A stretch of 61,393 nucleotides of DNA, filler included. It is 7 parts of 7 records of this genome, joined end to end, with 100 filler letters (N's around TTAATTAATTAA, not from the genome) between each part and the next. Parts side by side here need not be neighbours in the genome. Positions count along the whole stretch, not along the records: positions 39,279 to 52,900 come from SRR20825010_6768; positions 53,001 to 61,393 come from SRR20825010_6771; 5 more parts are not named here. The stretch is one strand, 5' to 3'. Positions within the stretch are counted from its first letter, which is position 1. Each line of letters begins with the position of its first letter. Shown here one piece after another: positions 48,526-58,281 of the stretch. A model generated the notes under the pieces. It was not told the DNA's origin, searched no databases, and was given only the letters and a program-made list of their open reading frames with translations. A program made the translations under genes and the position numbers.

Positions 48526-49479
48526 ATGACGAAATTAACATACACAGAAAAAAAAGATACGCGTTCTGGCTTCGGTGCTGGTTTATTGGAATTAGGACGT
48601 ACCAACCCTGAAGTAGTGGCGCTTTGTGCCGACCTTGTGGGTTCTTTGAAAATGCAGGATTTCATCGATGAATTTCCTGAAAGATTCTTTCAAATAGGTA
48701 TTGCTGAAGCGAACATGATGGGCGTTGCTGCTGGTTTGACCATTGGTGGTAAAATCCCTTTCACAGGTACTTTCGCTAACTTTTCTACAGGTCGTGTTTA
48801 CGATCAAATCCGCCAGTCGATTGCTTATTCTGGCAAAAACGTAAAGATTTGTGCTTCTCACGCAGGGTTAACTTTGGGTGAAGATGGTGCAACGCACCAG
48901 ATTTTGGAAGACATCGGTTTGATGAAAATGTTACCGCACATGACGGTGATCAACCCATGTGACTACAACCAAACCAAAGCGGCTACCATTGCCATTGCTG
49001 AATTTGAAGGTCCAGTTTACTTGCGTTTTGGAAGACCAAAAGTGCCTGTATTTACGCCAGCCGATCAGAAATTCGAAATTGGTAAAGCCCTTAAAATGAT
49101 TGAAGGAAATGATGTAACCATCTTTGCTACGGGTCATTTGGTATGGGAAGCCATTGAAGCAGAAGCGGTATTGGCCAAAGAAGGGATTAGTGTGGAAGTA
49201 ATTAACATTCACACTATTAAGCCTTTGGATGTTCAAGCGATTATTGAATCTGCTAAGAAAACGGGTTGTGTAGTAACTGCCGAAGAACACCAAATGAATG
49301 GTGGTTTGGGCGATAGCGTAGCACAGACTTTAGCGCTTAACCTCCCTACCCCAATGGAAATGGTAGCGGTGAATGATTCTTTCGGAGAAAGCGGAACGCC
49401 AGAGCAATTGATGAAGAAATACGGTATCGATGCTGAAAACATTGTGAAAGCTGTTAAAAGAGTAATGAAGAGAAAGTAA
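48526..49479 (+). CDS. Transketolase, C-terminal subunit
   Basis: [20 protein letters not shown] and TAEEHQ. Confidence 0.94.
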   Translation: MTKLTYTEKKDTRSGFGAGLLELGRTNPEVVALCADLVGSLKMQDFIDEFPERFFQIGIAEANMMGVAAGLTIGGKIPFTGTFANFSTGRVYDQIRQSIAYSGKNVKICASHAGLTLGEDGATHQILEDIGLMKMLPHMTVINPCDYNQTKAATIAIAEFEGPVYLRFGRPKVPVFTPADQKFEIGKALKMIEGNDVTIFATGHLVWEAIEAEAVLAKEGISVEVINIHTIKPLDVQAIIESAKKTGCVVTAEEHQMNGGLGDSVAQTLALNLPTPMEMVAVNDSFGESGTPEQLMKKYGIDAENIVKAVKRVMKRK

Positions 49480-49503
49480 TTTCCCTTCAAACCCTAAAAT
49501 ACT

Positions 49504-49536
49504 AAAAGCCCGATTCGAGAGAATTGGGCTTTTTTT
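49504..49536 (+). terminator. Intrinsic terminator after the transketolase operon
   Basis: aaaaGCCCGATTC-gaga-GAATTGGGC followed by a T run. Confidence 0.85.
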
Positions 49537-49918
49537 GTGTACGATGAATTGTAGGTCTCTGTGCTTCTCCGTGTCCTTTGTGGTTAAAATAAAGTCCGTT
49601 TCGCAAGTCATTCCGTAAGCCTGCGAAGCTTCGGGGTTTTCACGTACCACAAGCAAGCCCCTTTGTGTTTCTGAAAAAGATCTCTACGAGATGACGGTTC
49701 AATAGAGCCTCTTCGGGGTGTGACGCAACCAGCAAAACTGCGGAGCACTTCGCCCCACCCGTAACTCTACTCACTTTACGCTTTGACAGAGTTGAATTAT
49801 TACACTTTATAAAAAAAGGGCTAAATCCCACTGAATTAGCATTATCAATCAACTTAATTTCTCAAAAGTCTTTTTATCTTCATCACAGCTAATCAAACTT
49901 TGAATAAACAGCACCAAC

Positions 49919-50782
49919 ATGAAAGCAAGATTAATATTAGCACTGTTGATATGTATCATATCACGCTACTCCTACGCGCAATGCGAGTCGGTTACGGTTG
50001 AAAGTGTGTCCCAATACACTCCATTGGCTATGGATTCATTGTATGAAGCTGATGGCCTTAGAGACGGTGCTGATTACGATGGTGCTACCTTGTATTTCCC
50101 TACTAACGGAAATACCAACCTGAAAAGTGTTGTGTTAGTGCCTGGCTATAAAGCCACACAAAGGTCTGTTAGTTTCTGGGCTAAATACCTTGCGGAACGT
50201 GGATATGTAACCATGACGATTGGTACAAACGTTTTGACTGACAGCCCTGCGCTGCGTGCCAAAGCACTTGTGGACGGAATGGAAACTATTCGTCAAGAAA
50301 ACAGCAGAACCAACTCCCCTTTATTCCAAAAACTCGATACTGAAAACATTGCTGTGGGAGGCTGGTCAATGGGTGGTGGTGGAGCACAATTGGCCGCAGC
50401 ATTAGACTCGCGAGTAAAAGCTGTAATTGCCATTGCTCCATGGTTATACCCACAAACACTCGAGGCTACTGATTTAAATCACTCAGTTCCTGTGCTTATC
50501 ATCAGTGGTGAAGTTGACCCTACTGCACCACCTAAGTCACATTCGAATGTGCATTATGATTATACGCCAGCTTCAACTAAGAAAATGCTTTTTGAAATTA
50601 CTGAAGGTAATCACTCCACTCCGCTTTTTCCTGACACAGGGAATGGAGATGTAGGCAATATAGCTTATGCTTGGCTAGAAACATTCCTAAGTGGCAACGA
50701 CTGTTATACACAAATGCTCAATGTTAATTCACTGAATCAAAACTCAACAGCATCAAAACACCAAAGCAACCTGAAGAAATGA
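49919..50782 (+). CDS. Secreted alpha/beta hydrolase, cutinase/PETase-like (dienelactone hydrolase fold)
   Basis: Signal peptide; VPGY oxyanion motif; GWSMGGGG elbow (S150); APW (W175); GEVD (D200); GNH (H232). Confidence 0.88.
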   Translation: MKARLILALLICIISRYSYAQCESVTVESVSQYTPLAMDSLYEADGLRDGADYDGATLYFPTNGNTNLKSVVLVPGYKATQRSVSFWAKYLAERGYVTMTIGTNVLTDSPALRAKALVDGMETIRQENSRTNSPLFQKLDTENIAVGGWSMGGGGAQLAAALDSRVKAVIAIAPWLYPQTLEATDLNHSVPVLIISGEVDPTAPPKSHSNVHYDYTPASTKKMLFEITEGNHSTPLFPDTGNGDVGNIAYAWLETFLSGNDCYTQMLNVNSLNQNSTASKHQSNLKK

Positions 50783-51300
50783 ATGAAAATGGCCGCCCAA
50801 GATTAGCGCTTAAGTTATCGGTTATTGATATAAGCCTAGAGCTTGTTGGTTGGCTATCCTTGATAGGAATTTGGCTTTTAGTATTTTTGAATTTTCAAGA
50901 TTTACCTGAGATAATACCCATTCACTTTAATGCGGCTGGAAAAGCAGATGGGTTTGGAAACAAATGGAGTATTCTAACATTACCAATCATTGCATCCGTA
51001 CTATATATTGGATTGACAGTTTTGAATAAATACCCTCATGTTTTCAATTATCCTACTGGGGCTCTTACAGAAGAAAGTATTTTAAAAAACTATACAATGG
51101 CCACACGATTAATCCGTGTGCTAAAGTTAGTATTGGTGCTAATCTTTGGGTTGATTGTCTACAGAACGTTACAGAATATTAACGGCACAGCCGAAGGCTT
51201 AGGTGTTTGGTTTCTACCCCTAACATTAGGGTTGATTTTTATTCCAATTACATACTATGTAATAAAATCAACAAGAAAGGAAAAGGCCAAACTGAAGTAA
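50779..51300 (+). CDS. DUF1648 membrane protein (SdpI-like)
   Basis: LPEIIPIHFNAAGKADGFGNK and PHVFNYP; four TM segments; ATGA overlap with the hydrolase stop. Confidence 0.85.
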   Translation: MNENGRPRLALKLSVIDISLELVGWLSLIGIWLLVFLNFQDLPEIIPIHFNAAGKADGFGNKWSILTLPIIASVLYIGLTVLNKYPHVFNYPTGALTEESILKNYTMATRLIRVLKLVLVLIFGLIVYRTLQNINGTAEGLGVWFLPLTLGLIFIPITYYVIKSTRKEKAKLK

Positions 51301-51514
51301 TCCACGAATAAACGTTCCTTGCTTAATTATCAAATCAGGACTCCATATTTTCCACAAACAGGACTAGGTAAAACTGTCTTATTGAGTGGCAATTTCTAGT
51401 TTATTTCTAAGATTTTGAGCAATATCGCACAGGATTTCGGTCACATCAGTTTGGTCACTGATGATTTTTTGACACACTCCATAAATCAGAATTTGATTTT
51501 TTACGGAAACGCTC

Positions 51515-52750
51515 ATGGTCATTAACAATTTCGTTTACAATAAAATCATAAAGCCTTATTACGAGGCTTTTACTGGTCTTTCAAAAGAAGTTTGGTGGCT
51601 TGCCTTGATCACACTGATCAATAGAGCAGGCACAATGGTCATCCCTTTTCTTTCACTTTACCTTACACAAAACGAAGGGTTTTCTTTGTCTCAAGTAGGC
51701 TGGATTATGACTGCTTTTGGTTTGGGCTCGGTGGTAGGCACTTGGATTGGCGGTAGGCTAACCGATGTAATTGGCTACTATAAAGTCATGGCTTTCAGTT
51801 TGTCGGTAGCTGGAATCATGTTTGTGTCGATACAATTTCTACATGGCTTTTACCCGATTTGCACTGGTATCTTTCTACTTATGGCGGTTGCGGATATGTT
51901 TAGGCCAGCAGTATTTGTAGCGCTTAGTGCCTATAGTAAACCGCAGAACAAAACCCGCTCAGTAACACTGATTCGATTGGCCATCAACCTTGGCTTCTCA
52001 TTGGGCCCAGCATTTGGTGGTTTGATCATTACTGGTTTGAGTTATTCTGCACTGTTTTGGGTAGATGGTACCACCTGTATTCTGGCTTCTATCCTATTAC
52101 TATGGGTGCTGAACCCGAAAAAAGCAAGAATCTTAGACGAGGTAAAAAATACCAATCCTAAATCGGCTTATACCGATACAACCTATTGGATATTTTTTGT
52201 TGGACTGGTGCTTTTCGGTTTCACTTTTGTACAGTATTTTTCTACTGTTCCTTTATTCTACAAGGAAATTCATCATCTGTCCGAGTCACAGATTGGACTC
52301 CTTCTGGCGCTTAATGGATTCTTGATTTTCGCCTTTGAAATGCCGCTGATTAAGTACTTCGAGTCACGTAGTTTTAGTATGGTGGAAAATATGGTAATTG
52401 GTGTGGTACTTATTTGTTTAAGCTTTGTACTTCTCGTTATATCGAGTTGGGTGGGTATCCTGATTGTCGGAATGATACTCATGACCTTGGGTGAAATGCT
52501 GGCTTTTCCTTTCTCCAATGCCTTCGCCATGAAAAGGGCTAAAAGAGGCAACCAAGGAGAATATATGGCGCTTTACAGCATTGCGTTTTCGGTATCACAT
52601 ATTTTTGGTCATAACACAGGTATGCAGATCGTTGACAATTTTGGCTTTGACAATACCTGGTATTTCACGGCTGGGATGGCAGCCTTGTCAATACTTTTCC
52701 TTTTTATACTGAAAAGAAAATTACGGAGGGAGCCTATGGAAGCAGAGTAG
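51515..52750 (+). CDS. MFS transporter
   Basis: About 12 TM; GGRLTDVIG motif A; NLGFSLGPAFGG. Confidence 0.92.
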   Translation: MVINNFVYNKIIKPYYEAFTGLSKEVWWLALITLINRAGTMVIPFLSLYLTQNEGFSLSQVGWIMTAFGLGSVVGTWIGGRLTDVIGYYKVMAFSLSVAGIMFVSIQFLHGFYPICTGIFLLMAVADMFRPAVFVALSAYSKPQNKTRSVTLIRLAINLGFSLGPAFGGLIITGLSYSALFWVDGTTCILASILLLWVLNPKKARILDEVKNTNPKSAYTDTTYWIFFVGLVLFGFTFVQYFSTVPLFYKEIHHLSESQIGLLLALNGFLIFAFEMPLIKYFESRSFSMVENMVIGVVLICLSFVLLVISSWVGILIVGMILMTLGEMLAFPFSNAFAMKRAKRGNQGEYMALYSIAFSVSHIFGHNTGMQIVDNFGFDNTWYFTAGMAALSILFLFILKRKLRREPMEAE

Positions 52751-52900
52751 ATTTGAGACCTTTCTCCAAAGTCTCGGAGCTCAAGGAAAGAAAAGAGGCA
52801 GTCCAGCTTTTAGCATTTTCGTCAAATGAAAATCGCAATAGATCAACTTCTTCAGACCTTTCTATGCAGGCTCCTTTTCATCCTGATTTCTATGACAATA

Positions 52901-53000
52901 NNNNNNNNNNNNNNNNNNNNNNNNNNNNNNNNNNNNNNNNNNNNTTAATTAATTAANNNNNNNNNNNNNNNNNNNNNNNNNNNNNNNNNNNNNNNNNNNN
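52901..53000. other. Artificial contig junction
   Basis: N spacer with ttaattaattaa. Confidence 0.98.
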
Positions 53001-53390
53001 AGCTGGCACCGCTACACTAGATGAAATACCCGGAATAATCTCCGTTTCTATCCCGCATTCCTGTGCATAGATTTCTTCCTCTTTTCCTCTTCCAAATACA
53101 AAAGGATCTCCGCCTTTCACTCGCACCACATGCCCAAATTCTTTTGCATAATTCACGATCATCTCATTGATTTCATCCTGTGTGTGGCTGTGATTTCCCT
53201 TTCTTTTTCCTACAAAAACCAGCAAAGCTCGATTTGCATGCTTAAGTATTTCCTCATTTACCAAGGAATCATAAAGCACCACATCGGCATCGTTCAGCGC
53301 TTTGACGGCTTTGAGCGTAAGTAGCTCCGGATCGCCAGGGCCGGCACCGAGGAGGGTGACTTTAGGGTATTTTCCTGTAATAGTTGTCAT
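53001..53390 (-). CDS. cobA: Uroporphyrinogen-III C-methyltransferase (3' truncated)
   Basis: [30 protein letters not shown] and IPGISS. Confidence 0.93.
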
Positions 53391-53971
53391 AGGTCAAGTA
53401 GGTTGAGAGACTGTAATTCTGCTTTGCTGTTGATATTCTGAACCAGAGATTTCTGATTAGAATTGATGCTGATTTTCTGATGTGAGATCATATTCACTAG
53501 CGGGCAAAGCTTTAATTTATTAGCTGATATAGCATCGGCAAAGGTTTTTAGGGCTGATTTATTATAAACACCGATCAGCGGATAATCATTTTTTGCATCG
53601 CAGAGAAAGGTCACCGAAGCTTCAATTTTCTCGCTTTCATCGCACAGATTTCTAAGAAGTTCAGTGGTGATCTTCGGAATGTCACAGCTGAGAATCAGGT
53701 TTCTCACTGTTTTGCTATGCTTCAATGCGGTATAAATTCCGCCCACAGGCCCTTTGTCTTCATAAGAGTCCTCGATCATCGGAAGGCCAACCAAGCTATA
53801 ATCTCCATTGCTGGTCACCAAAATAATATTGGAAGTGATCGGCATAATCGCCTCAATTATCCAGCGGATAAAGGGTTTGCCTTTGTAGAGAACCAAGCCC
53901 TTTTCCGCCTGCATGCGAACGCTTTTTCCTCCGCAGAGCACATAAGCCGTTATTTCCTGAGATTTCTCCAT
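53387..53971 (-). CDS. mobA: Molybdenum cofactor guanylyltransferase
   Basis: [22 protein letters not shown] and NIN. Confidence 0.88.
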   Translation of the reverse strand: MEKSQEITAYVLCGGKSVRMQAEKGLVLYKGKPFIRWIIEAIMPITSNIILVTSNGDYSLVGLPMIEDSYEDKGPVGGIYTALKHSKTVRNLILSCDIPKITTELLRNLCDESEKIEASVTFLCDAKNDYPLIGVYNKSALKTFADAISANKLKLCPLVNMISHQKISINSNQKSLVQNINSKAELQSLNLLDL

Positions 53972-53974
53972 AGT

Positions 53975-54727
53975 CTAAACAGTCATTAATTTTATAAAAG
54001 CTATAAAAAGCACAATGGAAAGAATGTATTTCAAGGTCACATTAGAGAACTTTTTAGCTCCGTAAATCGCCCCAAAAGTTCCACCAAGTACAGCCGCAGG
54101 AATGAGGAAACTGGCTTCCATGGGAATTTCTCCCCCACCGAGTATAAATCCCAAAGCTCCGGAAACAGAATTGACCCAGATGAATAAGGCCGAAACCGCA
54201 GCAGCCTCTTTCATATTTCCCCAGCGCAGCAATAGGATCACTGGACTCAAGATAATGCCTCCACCTATGCCGATCATTCCTGAGAAGAAACCTATTGCCA
54301 AACCAATCAGTAATGCGAGATAAGTTTTGACAGGTTCATTTTGATCTGAGTTAGTTTTCCCAAAAACACCCAAAATTCTTAAAATCGCAATCAGCAGAAA
54401 TACTCCTAGAATCTGCTTATACAATGTGGCGTTGATGGTGATCATGCCGCCGGCAAAAGCCGCCGGAATCGACGTGATGGCAAATGGATAAAAAAGTTTC
54501 CAGCGAAAATGCTTGGCTTGACGAAAAAACACAAAGGAGATTCCCGCCACGAAAATATTTAGTAATAGAGCTGTTGGCTTCATCACCATCAGAGGAACTC
54601 CGGCCAAAGCCATCATCGCGAGATAGCCACTTGCACCTCCATGGCCCACACTTGCATACATAAATGCAACCACTGCAAGAATAGCAGAGAAAATAAGTAT
54701 GAAAACAGGGTCGTGAAAATCGATCAT
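53975..54727 (-). CDS. Sulfite exporter TauE/SafE family membrane protein
   Basis: YASVGHGGASGY and SGMIGIGGGIILSP internal repeat. Confidence 0.9.
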   Translation of the reverse strand: MIDFHDPVFILIFSAILAVVAFMYASVGHGGASGYLAMMALAGVPLMVMKPTALLLNIFVAGISFVFFRQAKHFRWKLFYPFAITSIPAAFAGGMITINATLYKQILGVFLLIAILRILGVFGKTNSDQNEPVKTYLALLIGLAIGFFSGMIGIGGGIILSPVILLLRWGNMKEAAAVSALFIWVNSVSGALGFILGGGEIPMEASFLIPAAVLGGTFGAIYGAKKFSNVTLKYILSIVLFIAFIKLMTV

Positions 54728-54728
54728 C

Positions 54729-55904
54729 CTAATTTCTATTTATGGGCAAGAACTGCACTGATTCACCTGCTTCAAGTTCTTCCCTTTGCTCAGGAATCAT
54801 CACCAAGGCATTTCCCAAAGCATAAGAAATCAACATACTAGAAGCTTGCTTAGGATAGATTTCCAGCTCCCCATTTTTCTCAGTTCCAAGTATGAAAAGA
54901 GTCTTCCCAAACTTATTATATGTGCGATGTTTCAGAACTCCAGTCTGGAAATTTAAGTCTATATCAGGATTGCCTGACATAATTTTCAATGCTGAGAAGG
55001 CATAGATCAGAAAACAGGTCAATGAAGAAGCTGGATTTCCAGGCAAGGCAAAGACAAGTGTCTTCTCCTTTTTGCCAAACCAAAGTGGCTTCCCTGGTTT
55101 TTGATTCACTTTGTAGAAAATCTCTTGAACTCCATTTGCTTGCAAAGCGGCATTGACGAAGTCATAATCGCCAACAGAAATACCACCAGAGATCAGCAGC
55201 ATATCATCCTCAAGTCCTTCAGCAATGATTTTTTTCGTTGCTTCCAGATCATCTTCAACCTTTAAAATCCGCACTGAAGCAAAGCCTCGTGACTTCAGGG
55301 CAGATTCCAGCATGATCGCATTACTTTCATATATGCATCCGGGCTGCAGGGGACTTCCAGCCTCCTGAAGTTCATTTCCGGTTACGATCAACGTAATTTT
55401 GGGTTTGTTAAAGACTAAAACCTCCGTGATCCCAAAACTGGCCAAAAAACCAATTATTGATTCATTTATTTTTGTCCCAGCTGGCAACACTTGATCACCA
55501 GCCTTTATTTGTTCGCCGACTTCCCGCACATTGGCAGATTTATCGGGTAGTTGAAGTATGGATATATTCTTACCATTCGCCTCAACATGTTCCTGCATGA
55601 CGACTGTGTCTGCTTGATCGGGCACACGAGCACCTGTAAAGATTCTCACTGCCTGATTTGCTTGAAGCTCAAAATCCAGTGCATCTCCGGCCTTGCATTC
55701 TCCTATGATTTCTAGTTCACTGATTTCTCCAAATCGAAAAGCATAACCATCCATGGCTGATTGTCGAAAAAACGGTAGGCTGATGGGCGCCACTATCTCT
55801 TCTGCCACAAAACAACCAAAGGAGTCCCTTAACTGCATCTTTACAGTAGGCAGCTGTCCTGAGTGAGTTTTAATTAAATCTAAGGCTTCGGAAACTGAAA
55901 TCAT
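54729..55904 (-). CDS. moeA: Molybdopterin molybdotransferase
   Basis: SAMDGYA, RIFTGA, TGNEL, SGGISVGDYD and LPGNPAS. Confidence 0.95.
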   Translation of the reverse strand: MISVSEALDLIKTHSGQLPTVKMQLRDSFGCFVAEEIVAPISLPFFRQSAMDGYAFRFGEISELEIIGECKAGDALDFELQANQAVRIFTGARVPDQADTVVMQEHVEANGKNISILQLPDKSANVREVGEQIKAGDQVLPAGTKINESIIGFLASFGITEVLVFNKPKITLIVTGNELQEAGSPLQPGCIYESNAIMLESALKSRGFASVRILKVEDDLEATKKIIAEGLEDDMLLISGGISVGDYDFVNAALQANGVQEIFYKVNQKPGKPLWFGKKEKTLVFALPGNPASSLTCFLIYAFSALKIMSGNPDIDLNFQTGVLKHRTYNKFGKTLFILGTEKNGELEIYPKQASSMLISYALGNALVMIPEQREELEAGESVQFLPINRN

Positions 55905-55939
55905 TTTGGCTTAAAATCTTGGCTAAACTTAAAGAAAAT

Positions 55940-55968
55940 TACGTATAAATACGTATTTTTCTACGTAT
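55940..55968. promoter_or_regulatory. Triple TACGTAT operator-like array upstream of moeA
   Basis: TACGTAT at 55940, 55950 and 55962, adjacent to a minus-strand TAAGTTTA (-7-like) box at 55924-55931. Confidence 0.55.
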
Positions 55969-56176
55969 TTATTTAGGATATAAACTATTATTACCCAATT
56001 GAAGGATAAGCTCCGATTAATTTACTGCAAAAAAAAGATTTGTGAATAAGGCTTAGAAAGGAAGGCCAAAATTCTATTTTGATTGTGTAATTCTTTTAGA
56101 CTGACGTGCAAAAATGCTTTTGGAAAGATCCTGCTTCTGGAGTAGCAGGATAATTAAACGCTATCCACTTTGACAC

Positions 56177-56205
56177 AAAAAAAGCACCTTCAAAAAGAAG
56201 GTGCT
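56177..56205 (-). terminator. Intrinsic terminator downstream of lemA-TPM-TPM
   Basis: AGCACCTTC/GAAGGTGCT stem followed by a U run on the minus strand. Confidence 0.75.
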
Positions 56206-56332
56206 CTATACTTATATACAATAAATGCTTCATTATATTAAAAACGACAAACTAAAATAGAATTTGTCTAAAGCTAGAATTTAGGCTACTTCGTTCTTCG
56301 GACACCTGTCTACTGTCTTAATTCCAACCCTT

Positions 56333-57145
56333 TTACCAGCCGCCGCCAGCTCCACCACCGCCGAAGCCACCGCCTCCGAAACCTCCGAAGCCGCCGCCTC
56401 CGCCCCCGCCAAATCCTCCGCCGCCACCGAAGCCGCCGCCGCCAGAATATCCACGACCGCCGCCTAGCATATTTGCCAGCAGGATAGTACTCCAGATGCC
56501 TACTCCTCCACCTCTGCCACCCATGTGGTTATTATTATCATTTCTATTTCTCAATAGAGGTAGAATCACAAAGATGAAAATGAAGAAAAGGATCATGAAA
56601 ATGGCTCCGCCACTATTGCCTTGCGACTCTATATCCTCAGCTGTGTATTCGCCAGATGCTAACTTGAAAATCATATCAGTAGCCTCATTAAGACCTTCAT
56701 AATATGCTTCTTTACGGAAATTGGGCAGAATCAAACCTTCCACGATACGTTTTGCCAATGCATCAGGAACAGCTCCCTCCATTCCATAACCAGTTGCAAT
56801 GAAAACCTTACGATCGTCCATTGCGGCAAGAATCAAGATTCCATTGTCATTTTCTCCACCACCGATCCCCCATGCTTGGCCAAGGCGAAAAGCATAATCA
56901 GAAATGTCATATTGACCTACAGAGCGCATCATCACAATCGCAATCTGCGTGGATGTACTGTCATTGTAAGCAACCAATTTACTTTCCAATTGTCCCGCTT
57001 CAGCCGCTGAAAGGGTGTTGGTGAAATCATTCACTAATCTTGGTGGATTGGGCGCAGGAGGAAAGTCCTGGGCCTGAAGGCCAAGAGAGAAAAGAAATAA
57101 TAGTAATAAAAGAGGGTGGGTCTTAGGACCCAAAAGAAATCTCAT
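56333..57145 (-). CDS. TPM domain protein with Gly-rich tail (YgcG-like)
   Basis: RLVNDFTNTLS, WGIG..NGILIL, IATGYGMEG and GGFGGGGAGGGW. Confidence 0.92.
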   Translation of the reverse strand: MRFLLGPKTHPLLLLLFLFSLGLQAQDFPPAPNPPRLVNDFTNTLSAAEAGQLESKLVAYNDSTSTQIAIVMMRSVGQYDISDYAFRLGQAWGIGGGENDNGILILAAMDDRKVFIATGYGMEGAVPDALAKRIVEGLILPNFRKEAYYEGLNEATDMIFKLASGEYTAEDIESQGNSGGAIFMILFFIFIFVILPLLRNRNDNNNHMGGRGGGVGIWSTILLANMLGGGRGYSGGGGFGGGGGFGGGGGGGFGGFGGGGFGGGGAGGGW

Positions 57146-57560
57146 CAGGAAGCTCGTTTATGTCTGAATCACCCTGATAAGGGAAATGCGTTCCAAGTTG
57201 CTCGCCGGCCATATGAATGCCGTCGATCAGACCTTGTGTAAATTGACCCTGCTTAAATAAGCCAGCCATGTGTTCTTTTATTTTTTCCCAGAAATCTTCT
57301 GGAACTACTTCGTTGATGCCTTTATCGCCTAAAATTGCAAAGCGCTTATCAACTACGGCAAGGTAGAATAAAACCCCATTGCGATCTTTTGTCTGATGCA
57401 TTTTAAGGGTGTCAAATACCTTCACAGCACGATCAAGTACCTCGACTTTGCAACGACTTTCTATATGAACTTGGATTTCTCCAGAGGTGGAAACTTCAGC
57501 AGACCGGATCGCATTAACGATAGCTTCCCGGTCTGCCGTTGAGAATAATTTCTCAGACAT
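57123..57560 (-). CDS. TPM domain protein
   Basis: AEVSTSGEIQVHIE, RNGVLFYL..FAILGDKGI and NELPDEIS. Confidence 0.92.
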   Translation of the reverse strand: MSEKLFSTADREAIVNAIRSAEVSTSGEIQVHIESRCKVEVLDRAVKVFDTLKMHQTKDRNGVLFYLAVVDKRFAILGDKGINEVVPEDFWEKIKEHMAGLFKQGQFTQGLIDGIHMAGEQLGTHFPYQGDSDINELPDEISFGS

Positions 57561-57572
57561 GATTAATTGGTA

Positions 57573-58163
57573 TTAAAACTGAACTGTAGGTGCATTTTCG
57601 GATCCTGCAGTGGCCTCAAAATAGCCTTTCTGCTCAAATCCGTACCAGCCCGCAAAGATGTTGTTCGGGAATGTTCTAAGATTTGAATTGTAATCCTGAA
57701 CAGACTGATTGAAGTTACGTCTAGCTACAGCGATTCTATTTTCTGTGCCTTCAAGTTGAGCTTGTAACTCTAGGAAATTTTGATTGGCTTTAAGCTCAGG
57801 ATAACGCTCTACGCTTACCAACAACCTACTTAAAGCACCGCCAAGCTGATCTTGTGCACCTTGGAATTCAGCCAATTTTTCAGGAGTAAGATTCGATGCA
57901 TCTACATTTACTGAAGTAGCTTTTGCTCTTGCTTCGATCACACCAGTCAAAGTCTCTTGCTCAAACTCTGCATAACCTTTCACTGTACTTACCAAATTAG
58001 GAATAAGATCAGATCTTCTTTGATACTGTGTCTCCACTTCAGCCCACTGGCCATTGATCACTTCTTCTGTTTGGACAAAAGTATTATACGTCCCTACGGC
58101 TTTAGTATAGACAAAAATGCCCACGACCAACAAAATCAGAATAGGAATAAGGAATTTTTTCAT
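57573..58163 (-). CDS. lemA: LemA family protein
   Basis: YQRRSDLIPNLV, ERYPELKANQNFLELQ and GTENRIAVAR. Confidence 0.95.
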   Translation of the reverse strand: MKKFLIPILILLVVGIFVYTKAVGTYNTFVQTEEVINGQWAEVETQYQRRSDLIPNLVSTVKGYAEFEQETLTGVIEARAKATSVNVDASNLTPEKLAEFQGAQDQLGGALSRLLVSVERYPELKANQNFLELQAQLEGTENRIAVARRNFNQSVQDYNSNLRTFPNNIFAGWYGFEQKGYFEATAGSENAPTVQF

Positions 58164-58281
58164 GTTTTATAATTGATTTTTACAACTTGATTACTCACGT
58201 ATTTAAGAAAAAGAGGTTGGATTATTACCCCTTCCTTCACTCAAAATTACCGTTTTTATCTTAATTCAATCTAAAAGCCGG

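Noticed and set aside
52751-52900. ORF fragments at the end of contig 6
   Set aside because: Short and without recognisable motifs on either strand
22619-55904. A combined sulfur/nitrogen assimilation system (cysI with cobA, moeA and tauE)
   Set aside because: The genes lie on different contigs from different phyla
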